DNA of 64,000 nt, from positions 35,505 through 99,504 of the forward strand of contig NW_005434567.1 in assembly GCF_000315625.1 (NCBI RefSeq). The letters run 5' to 3'. This DNA is from Guillardia theta CCMP2712 (Eukaryota; Protista; Cryptophyta). The first letter of the stretch is position 1; every line of letters begins with the position of its first letter. The notes under the pieces were generated by a model. That model did not search any database and had not been told where the DNA came from. It worked only from the letters and a program-made list of their open reading frames with translations. Shown piece after piece: positions 29,497-40,699 of the stretch. The position numbers and the translations under genes are program-made.

Positions 29497-32034
29497 ATGG
29501 CTTGTCAAGGCGGAGGACGCGTCTGCTCACTGAAGCTGCTGGTTTTTCTCTGGGTCATGGGGGCGTATGCACCTTTCCATGAATATTCGGCGGCTTCCTG
29601 GACGAGAACTCTCCCCTGCATCCTCAGCCTGCATGCGGCTGCTGAGAGAAAAATGGAGCTGAGAGGAGGGTCCGAAAACCTCAAGGACCTGATAGAGGAG
29701 GCCGAGGAAGTGTTCGAGGAGGACGAAGAGGATAATATCATGAGGGAGTACAGCACCTCCGAGTGCGACGAGATCATATCCTATGGCTCCGAGTCGATCG
29801 ACTGGTGAAAGGGAATGATGGGAGGGTGTGAGGCGACTCACGGGTTGTCCTTGCAGCAAGATCTACGAGTGCATGAACCGAGAGGGCACAGACGAGGTCA
29901 AGGCGAGGAGGCTCGTCGACACCTTCTACGTATGCAGAGGCCTGTTGCGGTGCCTGCTCTGCTGCCAACGTTGCTCCTGCCTTTACTCTCTCCTCCTGCA
30001 GGCAGAGGTTCTAACACTCGGCAGGACATGGTGATACGCCGGCGGCACTTCAAGTACATACACAAATTCTTGATCCAGGGGATCGACCTGAACAGGGAGA
30101 TGGTAGAATCGTCTTCCGTCGCGCTGCAGCTGCTGACTCGCGGAGTGTCAGACCTCGGAAGATCTGAGCAAGACTGTCGCAGACTCCAAGTTCGGCCATC
30201 TCATCCGCACCAAGTGCACGGTGCTGCACCTTGCTGCAGCACTAGGGTGAAGGGAGGCTTGACGTCATCAGGAGAGGACTGATGGTTGTTCAAGGTACAA
30301 CCGCACGTGCGCAAGGCTGATTGATCTCGGGGCAGAAGTCCATGCAGCTGTATGGTTTGCTGGACCCCTTTCAGACGGTCTCACTCTAAGCAGGACAGCA
30401 CAGGGGCCCTTCCGATCCACTACGCTGCTGGAGGAGGGAAGGTGGACACTTGTAGCCTGTACAGCACCCAGCTAGTTGTTTGACGGATTGTTCGGAGATG
30501 TAAGTGTTGTGCAGGTTGGTCTATCATGGAAGTCTTGCAGACGTCAACCATGCTACAACCAACGGCCTTACACCGCTACACTACGGTAGTGAATCACCCC
30601 GCCCTTCCCTGCCTCATCCCTTGCCTTGGGCAGCTGCGACTAGTGGGTACGTGGGAGCGACGTTCCGCCTGCTGCAACTCGGGGCAGACGTTTATAAGCG
30701 CACGAGCGATGGCAAGACGGCATATGATGTTGACGGATGCTGCGAGTTTGCGGGCCCGACTTTGACATGCTCACAGATCGCGTTCCGGCAGGGATCGAAG
30801 CACGTCTGCTACCTGCTCCAATGCTGGATCCTCCAGTATGGCATGGACCTCCGGGCAGCGAGTGAGCAAAACTGCCTCCTATCACTCCGAACCTCTGACG
30901 ACAGGCAAGGGAGCGAAACGGCGGGTGGAGTCTTCTACCACGGAGCTGGCAACTTCTCAATCCCTCCCTGCATAAGGAGCCCGGCACACGCTACTGCAGA
31001 GGCGTTCATCAAGAGCTTGAGCGCGTGCCCAGCTGTACCTCTCGCCTTCTCGCGTTTTCACCGTGATGGCGTATGGCAGGACAACCTTCCCAACGCTCCA
31101 GCTGCGGTGGAGCAGCCCGTGCACCCGCACGTCAGTAGGCCCTCGTTCCAGCCCCGTCCGGGAGTGTTGGTCATATTGCTGAGCTCCCTCCTTCCATCAT
31201 CTCACCGCTCGCGCGCAGGTACCGTACAAGATCATCATGAAGCGACTTCCGTACAGCATGCAGGTGGGTTGCTGGCATGCGGGCGGTGCTGCGGTGGGAG
31301 TGAAGAGCGTTTGAACGCAGGAGGAAGAGCTGAAGGCGCTGTTCCAGACAAACAGCCTGCCCGAGCCCAAGAAGATCTCCTTCCTCCGTGCGATCAGGCC
31401 TTGTTCGCTCCTCTGCTCCTGCTTATATTCCTGCTGCAGGAAACCCGGACAAGACGCACTTCTCCATGGCCTTCGTGGAAATGCAGAACGAGGAACAGGC
31501 TTCACGCGCTATTGCTGCCCTCAACAACATCATTGTGCTCCCCTTTCTGCTCTCATCCTCCTCCTCCTCACTCTCAGCCCCAGGTCAACGACCCCGACGA
31601 TCCAAGGTGGCCGAAGCGTCTCGAGGTTAACTACACTCTCCTCTCACTCTCCCCTCCTCCTCCTCCTCCTCCTCTCCCTCCTCGCCCTCACCTTCCCGCC
31701 TCCCGCCTCCCGCCTCCCCCAAGTTGGCTACCCCCTCCTCCTAGTGCACCAAGGGAAGAACTGGGCTGAGCAGGAGAGGTCCAGGTGTCGAAGTGCTACG
31801 ACGTAAGGAAGAAACCGCCGGAGCAGGGAGTGCTGCAGGAGACTGTGGACTATGAGGGAAGGAGGGTTGACCCGTCTCGTCGCCCCAATCAGGTCATACC
31901 GCTACTCATTCTCGTTCTCTCCTCAGATCTCAGTCATGCCGCAGGCTGGACGCGGCGGCTTCGGGAGGGGGTCAACGAGCAGCCAGCACAGACCGTCTCC
32001 CGGCGGCAGGCTGAACTCCTGGTGGAGAAGCTGA
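29497..32034 (+). CDS. Ankyrin-repeat + RRM protein with a signal-peptide-like N-terminus and LRGG motif; multi-exon
   Basis: Ankyrin motifs 'TVLHLAAALG', 'GALPIHYAAGGG', 'ADVNHATTNGLTPLHY', 'LLQLGADVYKRTSDGKTAYD'; RRM 'RLPYSM-QEEELKALF...AFVEMQNEEQASRAIAALN'; RGGFGRG tail. Confidence 0.8.
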
Positions 32035-32129
32035 CCCGGATCACCAAGTCAACTTATACGCTAGTAGCCATTTCATTACCCGAATAACCAACTGAGGTCA
32101 CCGTCACTGAAACCCGTTCAAACAAGTTG

Positions 32130-33330
32130 ACAACCGTGCTGCGTCGGACCCGGCGATCCGATGATCAAACCGAGTCACTGCGGCGGGTGACTCGGACCGG
32201 CACCGTGCTGCGGCTGCCACCGTGGCACGGTCGCCCGGCCGGCGCCCGGCCCGGCCGGCGGGCCGCCGGAGTCGCCATGTTGACTCTTCAGTGAAGCGGG
32301 CGCCCCTGCCGCTCAGCCTTCAGGCCCGCCGTGTCCGATTGGCGCCCCGCCCCCGGGCGGCCCCCCACAGCGAGGCGGGCCGGGCGCCGCGTGCCAGACT
32401 CCGCGGCCCGCCGTGACTGAGTCCCCGGACTCCGGGAGTCCGAACTTCAGTGCTGTCCAAGCCTCCCCGGATCGGAAGTTGCAAACGTCGTGACCGGCGG
32501 TCACGCTCGGACTGAGTGCCGCTGACGGACTCAGTGATGCTGATCGGACGGGCTCAGCCTCCGCCCCGCATCATGGCATACCGTACGGCGTCACGGAGAA
32601 CGCGGGCGCGGCGCGGCGGCGCGCCCGGCGTGGCCGGCCCGGCCTCCGGGCTTCAACTAAGTTCCCGGCGTCAGCGGCCTGGCACGCACGGTGATCGGAC
32701 CCGGCCGGGCGGCTGACGAAATACAAGTTTGTTAGACTTGTACTCACGGTCCAAAGTCACGCAGACGTCACATCGACCTTAGTTGTAACAAGACAGTTTT
32801 TGCTCAAGACCGAGTTTAATGCACACAAATCCAGAATTGAGGAGCACATGAGAGATAGACTGTATGCTAGGATGTGAAACCCAAGCATCCAGACATGAGA
32901 GGACCGAGGCTTCAAGGCTTAGCAAGACGGCTAGGAAAGCCCCCCTCTTCGTCCCACACGCCGCTACATCCGGCGTCCGCCTTGCCACGTAAGTCGTCTT
33001 GGTTTACAGGAGAGTTTTTGTTAACTCGGCGCTATCTGACTGGCACGGCTGGCATACGTTCCATCGGATGATCAGCGGCACCGTGCCACCCGCCCGGCTC
33101 GTCCCGGGACCGTCAGTCCCGGGCCCGGCCCGTCGGTACTGTAGTCACGCGAGTCGGCCGTACGGTAACGCCGGTTCTACCGTACGGAGCCTCGGAGTCT
33201 GCCAGTCACTGAGTTGAGTCACACGGTCGACGGTCGGACGCCCGGCTATCCAACCTTGCCGGGTGACCGGTGACTGAGTTCGAGTCAGGCTAGCCCGGGG
33301 CCCGGGACGGTGTCAGTATTCGGCTCAGTG
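32130..33330. repeat. GC-rich palindrome-dense intergenic block
   Basis: CCGG/GTAC/GAGTC/ACTGAGT-rich and non-coding. Confidence 0.65.
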
Positions 33331-33899
33331 GCTGCCCCTCTTTGAGACATGATAATTGTATGAATGAGGCGGACTTGTTAAGTCATTTCCACAGTCCGCC
33401 AGCCCACCCCTGTTGACTATGATCCTCTATTGATTCACCACCGGTGATTCAGAAGTGAGTACCCCTGAATTTTGAATCAAATGGATAGTTTTCTAATTAT
33501 GTCGAAATGTTCTTGAATATTTATAAGTATTACTCAGAATATTTGAAAAATTGATTCAAGTTTACCGCTGTATGAACCCTCTACCCCATCAACATCAACC
33601 CGCACCCACCTCAAGTTCACATGATGCACTGACAACCCGTACCATTCATACTGAACCTGATAACCCTTCGTGTCAGGAGCCAAAAATCATGGGTGGGGTA
33701 TATGACCCGACCCACACAAGGAATATGTAAAATGTAACGAGCGGCAGGGTGGTATGATGAAAAGTGGGATCGCGGTGGGTGGGGTATGCCGGCGATGCGA
33801 GGCTAGAATGCGATGTGGATGGCATGGAGGCGGAGGCGGAGGAGGAAGGAGAGAGGACGAGGAGGAGAAGGCGCTTGCAGTCGATCCCTCCCTTGGGAC

Positions 33900-36300
33900 A
33901 TGCAAGCTCCTACCTTCTCGTGCTCACTCGGCCGCGACATAGCCGACTCCCGGCCATCAACTCGCTCGCGACTCCTCGCAAACATTTTTCGCGGCCGGCG
34001 ACTGCTCGCAGCGGTCACCGTGCTTGCTCTGATCTCCCCGCCAGTCAGAGCCGGACCTTGCTTAGATTACCTCCCAGCCCTGCCAAATGCCAGCAACAGC
34101 TCCTGCATGTGCCCTGCCGGGTTCGGAGCGGTCGTTGACGGCAACAATCAAACTTCATGCGAAGCATGTCAGGAAGGGAAGTATCGGCTGGCGGCAGGGA
34201 CAGGGCAGTGCATAGACTGCCCTCCTCACAGCTGGTCTGCGGGCGGAAACTCTTCGTGCCAGTGCAATGCAGGAGCAGAACCAGGGGAAATGGGCTCCTG
34301 CCTCCTGTGCGCTCCTGGCAAGTACAAAGAAATCACTGGCAATGGGAGCTGCAGTCGCTGCGAATTGAGCTCTTACTCGAACCAGGAGGGTGCAACAGCA
34401 TGCTCAGCCTGCCCTTCGAGGACGAGCTCGTGGGTGGACGGCTCGACCTGCGTGTGTAACCCTGGTTTCTTCGGGATCAGCAGCTGCTTCCGATGTTTCC
34501 CGGGGAAGTTCTCCAGGGAGCATGCTTCCACCACATGCTCCTCTTGCCCTGCAGGGACCTTTTCCACTGGATCTGCTTCAGCATGCACAGCGTGCAATGC
34601 GGGAAAGTTCTCCACAGGGGACACTGATAGATGCTTTTCCTGCGCCGCTGGTACGTACTCTGAGGTGGTGGGCACGTCAGTATGCTCGCACTGCCCTGCT
34701 GGAACTTACTCGGAGGCGCTGGGCGTTTCGAACTCTTCTTCATGCTACATGTGTTCTCCAGGATCGTTCTCGTTGGCAGGCTCGACTTCCTGCTCTCTGT
34801 GCGGTGCAGGAACGTTCGCTGAACAGCAAGGCACGTCAAGCTGTCACGCTTGTGATGAAGGGACGTACCTGGCAACGGTGGGAGCAGATAGCCAGAGCGC
34901 GTGCTTGATATGCTCTGACCCGTTCTCAACTTCCCTCCAAGGCAGCACGAACGCTACCGACTGCGTCTGCATCAAGGGATACACCTTGATCAACGGCATC
35001 TGTTCCCCCTGCCCCCCGGGGACGTACAAGGACTTCAACGGCACGGGCGCTTGCTTGCTCTGCCCGTATGCGAAGTTCTCCAACGAGAGCGGCCTGAGCA
35101 GCATGCAGTCCTGTCAGAGCTGTCCCTTTGGGTCAGTGAGCGAGGAGGGGAGCACCACCGTGGAGCAGTGCAGGTGCGACCGGGGTTACGAGAACCTCAA
35201 CGGCACGTGCTCGGCGTGCAAAAAGGGATACAGCAAGCGAGAAGTCAATGACACTCTGTGTACGCCGTGCGAGGCCGGGTCGTACGGGCCGCAGGAGGCG
35301 ATGCAGGAGTGTCTGCTGTGCCCCAACCACACTTACTCGGGGGTTGTGGGCTCTTCCAACCTTTCTGACTGCAACCTGTGTCCTGCCAACTCAACCTCCA
35401 ACATGGGCAGCAGGGTGTTGTCAGACTGTATTTGTAGCGATCAGCATTTTTTGCGGGATGGAGTTTGCGTCTCATGCATAGACTGTGACTACAGGAACTC
35501 AATACACAGGCGGAGCGGCGGGGGCCGGGGGCCCTGCCTGCCCTGTCCTTACGGGAACCAGGACAAGTTTGCGGGGCAAGGGCCGATGCCGATGGGAAGG
35601 TGCAATGGGAGCCTGGGCGGCTACGATTTTCAATATGCGTGGATTGATAGCGATGCGAGGATAACTTGGGGAACGGAGCTCAACGTCGTGGCTGGCCAAG
35701 AGAACGCGACTGAGTTCTTCACAGGCTTCCCTTACCAAGAGGTGAACGTGACGCCCCTCCTTCCTCCTCCCTGTCCTCTGCGTCTTCCCCTTCCCCTTCC
35801 CCTCCTTCCCTCCTCCGCTTCTGATGCTCCTGCCGCAGGCCGTGATGCCGGATGGGAAGATTGACGAGTGTGTGACCAACTGCTCGGAGGGATGGAGGTG
35901 GCTGTCAGCCTCGGACTGGCACGCGGCCTGCCTCCTGTGGTTCCCGGCCTCCCGCTGCTCTGCCTCGGCGTTCCCGAAGGTCCAAGTGAGAGCCTTCGCG
36001 CGCAGCGACATGAAGCAGGAGGGAGAGCTGTACAAGGCCGGGGACCTCCTGGGGTCAAGGGTAGATGGATATTCTTTCGGAGGATGCTGGCCTTGTACAG
36101 CCCTGACCTGTCCTCCCGGGCATCAAGGTGTAAATATTTGTCCCTCCAGGAGGTAAGCAGCTTCTGTTCCTCTGACCTGGCATGACGCACAGCGCAGGGC
36201 TGGAGGAGAGAGTCAAGAGGACTTGAGCAGCTGCTCTCCCTGCCCGGCAGGGACTATCAAGAGCTCCTATGGGCCATCGCTCTGCTCCCCCACGCTATGA
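33900..36300 (+). CDS. Secreted cysteine-rich protein with GCC2/GCC3 (ephrin-receptor-like/TNFR-like) repeats
   Basis: Signal-like 'LLAAVTVLALISPPVRAG', then many C-x2-C-x2-G-x-Y/F repeats (CEACQEGKY, CLLCAPGKYK, CSSCPAGTFS...). One long exon to ~35740 and short 3' exons ending CSPCPAGTIKSSYGPSLCSPTL*. Confidence 0.88.
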
Positions 36301-36704
36301 CGTCGCCGAAGCCAAGTGTTGAAGCTCAACTCACTGCATGTAATGTAATGAAGTTTATTCCATGATTTCCCCATCTGTTGTCCTGCTCTTGGACATTCAC
36401 GTTTATCTGACCTGCCGGAATCATTCATGATATCTTTGCGGTTGTAACCCTTTCCACTTTCCACACTCCTCCTTGCCTCATGTCATCACTCTCTCAATCT
36501 ATTCCCTCCTCTTGCCCTCTATTTCTTCAGAGAGTTTCATGGCCATTTTCTGTTAATCAATTGCTGTTGGCCCTGATTAACCACCGAGCTCATCATCAAG
36601 CAACAGGCTTGTCTTGCTGTTAGCTGTTTCCCCTTCGACACTCCCCAACATCTTGAACGCACGAGATTTGCTCTTTGTATCCCCTCAGTCTCTGTCTGGT
36701 GACC

Positions 36705-38425
36705 TTAAAGGGCTCTTGATTTCAGCTCGTCCTCGCTGGACAGAAAATCTTCGTGCGTCTTCTTCCAATGGCGATCAGCCTGCGCTTGAGTGAGGAGGAG
36801 GGAGGAGACAAGGTCGCAGCAACAGCTCCTTACATCTGCCTCGTCCATTTTAGCCAGCATGAGCTTCAGGCCCATGCTCCCATCATACAGAGAGAGCTGC
36901 AGGCACCAGTCAAGTACGCCTCATCCTCTCAGCAGCTCAGGATCGTCAGCAGCACGAGGACTGACCTCGTCGAGATCGTGGGAGGGGATGCGGATGACTG
37001 GGGCAGCGCGGCTGGACCTGGGATAGACTGAGTTCCACAAGGTCGAAGGCGAGGATGCAGACAACCTGTAGAGGAGGATGAACCAGGGCATCGAGGCCAC
37101 GACCCCACCGCCGAGGGTGTCGGCGAGGAGGGTGGAGATGTCGGACATGGCAAGCTTGTCGGCGAAGGTGAGGGTCCTTTCGACGTACTCCTCCTCCATG
37201 ATCCGGATACGAACGAGTTCCTTCTCCTCAAGCAGCTCGTCGATCTGTTCCAGCACCCGCTCGAAGGGCAGGGATGCGTCCAGTCCGATCTCGGCAAGGG
37301 CTCCCGTCCTCTCCTGCTCATCATCACAGACAGCATGCGATGGGACCAGTGAGACTGTCCACCTGCTCTTCAGCTAGCTCGAGCAAGTACTGCTTCTCTT
37401 GCGCTGTCAGAGGCGCCACAGGCTGCAGCACGTCAACCTTCTGAACCCCATGGTACCATGAGATGCTCACCCGGAAGCTCAACAACGCGATCTCCCCATC
37501 CACCAGGATCCTCTCGTCGCTGCGGGACAGTCAGGGTTGAGTTGAGCAGGAAGGAGCAGGCTTCACCAAGCTCTGATCCCAACGACAGGTACCGTAAGGT
37601 TCATCCCCTCATGCTTGCTGTCTCCTGCCATGCCAGCCTTCAAGGAACGATCGAATGAAGGAGCTCATGGCTACCTGGTGCGATCAGGGAGTCTTCAGAG
37701 TTGACCACAACCATCGCCAGACCCCCAGCGGCTGCGATCCTGTTCGCCTTGTCGACAAAGGTTGAGGAGGAACCAGAGGAAGAGCCTCTCCGAACCACCA
37801 CGATCTTCCCACGGATGCTGCAAGGAACGAGGAGGAGTTGGAAGGAGCAGTGGTACAGTGCTATCAAACCGACTCACCTCTCAGCATTCCGCAAGTGTTG
37901 GTCGGCAAACAGCGGATCAGCATGGATGACTTCTGCCTCCACGTCGTCGTACATCCCAAACGTCGCGCGAATGAACTCAATCCTCCCATTCTGACAGTAG
38001 ATGCAGTCCTTTGACAACGACTCGAGGCTCAGCTCGGGATCTAACCATGTCCCTTCCTCGTCGCTCGAGTCCGTCGCTCCCAAGCTCGTCCGGAACTTCC
38101 TCAGCTGCGCCTTTTCCTCGCATGCCGGGGTCACGGAAGGGAAAACGTTCCCTGTGAAGTGTCGCTCCTCCAGCACTGCACCCTTCCAACACAAACTTCG
38201 GCGCAGAAGTTGTACAGCACTGCCCTTCCATGCTCTGGAGGAGGGAAGTTGCGATGGGGCCAGTCCATGTAGCACATGTGTCTTCATCACGCAGGGATGA
38301 CGAGCATGCAGGACGAAGCCAACATGGCATCGTCTTGATGCTGCACTGTCTCGAAACCCGTCCGCGGCATCCTGGAGGTTGAGCAGAACTGCGCAAGCAA
38401 GCAGCATTGCCCGTCTCCTAACCAT
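36705..38425 (-). CDS. Probable plastid-targeted protein with a PA (protease-associated) domain and CRM/YhbY RNA-binding domain(s); multi-exon, 3' end approximate
   Basis: N-terminus MVRRRAMLLACAVLLNLQDAADG|F; PA 'ATFG...ADP...IRGKIVVVRRG...FVDKANRIAAAGGLAMVVVN'; CRM 'LTAQEKQYL...VLEQIDELLEEKELVRIRI...LADTLGGGVV...ILLYR'. Confidence 0.7.
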
Positions 38426-39359
38426 CTGCAATGCACCTCAGTTCGTTCCTCGATCAACCACATGGATCATGACAGTACACATGAGGTGGAGTTTTACGGA
38501 CAAACAGATAGTTGAGACGAAGCAGAGATGCGAGGGGGGCAGGGTTGTGTAAAGCAGGATACATCAGCATAATGTAGCTGTGGTGCATTCACAGCGAGGA
38601 AATCTACAGAAATTCTGCACGACATCACTGCTTCTTCGGATAGCAAGTTTCGAGCATATTTCAATTCTGTCCTCTTCCTCCACATGAATTTCCTAATCAC
38701 CATGTTCAACAATTCAATCTTGGCTGCCTCCGGTCTGGCCCGCTGCCCTCCGGGCAGCACAAACTCTAGGACAGCATAGTTCCCATGATTCCATCATGAA
38801 AAAGGAAGGGCTCTTGGCACGATCTTTCTCTTTTCCTACCATCGTCCTTTGCCTGTCGCATCATATCCTGCTCCCAAGCGCCTATTCTGTCCCTCCCCTC
38901 CCGCCTGCATTATTGCGTGGTGAGCTACGATTTACGTCCGATGGTGGTTTTCTGGTGAACGCATTCAACTCCGACAAATTCATGGGGTTCTATCTAAATT
39001 TGAAAACTTATATCTAAATATGCAAGGAAATAATTCTTCACATTTGAACTTTTGGAGAAATCTATGAAATTTTAAAAACATTCTGGTGTTCATGGAAGAA
39101 AGACGATGAGCCCTGTGAAAATACATCCTAGGGCCGCAACGGGGGCAGGGGGGGTCCCGTGCAACCTGTGGGTCAGTGTATCTAAAGATAGGGGGTGGTA
39201 ATAGGGGGCAAGATATAGGTGGGCAGGGTAGTGGCTGTCCCATCTGATTGGAAAGAGAGGTAGGGTGGGGTACTTCGAGATGGTAACCCACCGATGAAGC
39301 CAGGAAAACCACCCCTCCCCGTCACAAAATAGTTTGCAGCAAACAACACAGGGGTGGTG

Positions 39360-39970
39360 GTAGCCTCCGGGCACCGGGGTGATCGGACCAGGCCCGCGAC
39401 TCTTGGCCGACTCCGGGCCCGGTCCGGAGTCACGAGTCTGTACGGTGAGTCCGGGCCCATCAGCCGGGCCGAGACTCTCCCAGAGTCCCGGAGTCCCGGA
39501 GCCCGGAGTCGGAGTCCGGTCGGAACGGTCCGGCCGACTGATGTACGGTCCGACCATCCGTGTGGCAGGGTCAAGGGCCTCCTCGACTCTCCTGATTGTC
39601 CTCGTACTAATCCTTAACTTAACTTTGAGTAAAGGTCCTTTGAGTACTAGTAACTTATAAACTTGTCCGGGCCGGCCGCGCGGTCCGGCTGATCCGATCC
39701 GATCCGATCAGGATAGTGACCGCAGCCTTCCGAACGACGCCGGCCCGCCGGTTCGCGCCGCGGCGGCGAGTCCGATCGCGGCGGCCAGACTGACCGCCCG
39801 GTGTCACTGTGTACCGTCTCTTTTTACTCAAAGTTAAGTTAAACGTACCGTGACTGCCGTACTTCATTGTACTGATTTTTAACTTAAAACTTTGAGTGAA
39901 CGATTAGTGAACTCATTTCCTGTACTACGTGACTTTACTCAAAGTAAAGTTAAAAATTAGTACCAGCTTA
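39360..39970. repeat. GC-rich block with four copies of the AACTTTGAGT motif in alternating orientation
   Basis: + copies at 39583-39634 and ~39878-39898; - copies at ~39822-39842 and ~39932-39966. Confidence 0.75.
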
Positions 39971-40699
39971 GTAACCAGCGTGTAGCAGCGGTACAGGCGG
40001 GGGTAGTGCTGATTACACCCCTTCAAAGACTCATGTGGTACCCTATTATTACAGGTGAAAGACAGGGGTGTATGAAGGCAGGGGGGAACCGGAAGGGGGT
40101 GGCATTGAATGGGGGTAGGAGCAGGTTTGTTCGGACATGGCAGGTGCAACGATGGAAGATAGAAACGTGACGATGACGACGATGAGAGGATGGAGGAGGA
40201 GGAGGAGGAGAGGAGGAGAGAGGACACGATGGAAGGATGAGCAGGAGTAGGAGGAATGGCACGGGAGAGATGGGATTGGATTGGATGGGATGGGATGAAG
40301 GGAGTGCTGTGCATGTGATCATGCGGTAAGACGAGATAAGACGAAAAGAGACATGGTTGATTCGGGGCAAGGATGAGATAACCATGACGAGACGAAATCA
40401 TTCTGGTATAAGATCAGCAGGCAACACCTTGATCTGCTCTTTCTGAAAGGAATTGTCAGGCTTTGCTATCATGAGACCATACAAATGTACAGCAGTGTAT
40501 TGTTGTGTTGATAAAAAAGAGTAGAATTACCAGACTACCTTTGTATTGAACGATGTAAGAGATTTCATTTTCATGGATAGATGCCATTCCCACCAGCAGC
40601 ACGAGATAGAAGGGGAGGGATGTAGGAAGGCTTGTAGTCTTGGTTGACCCAAGGTAGCATTGCGACATCCAGTGAAACGTGTGATGCCGCAGATAAGCC

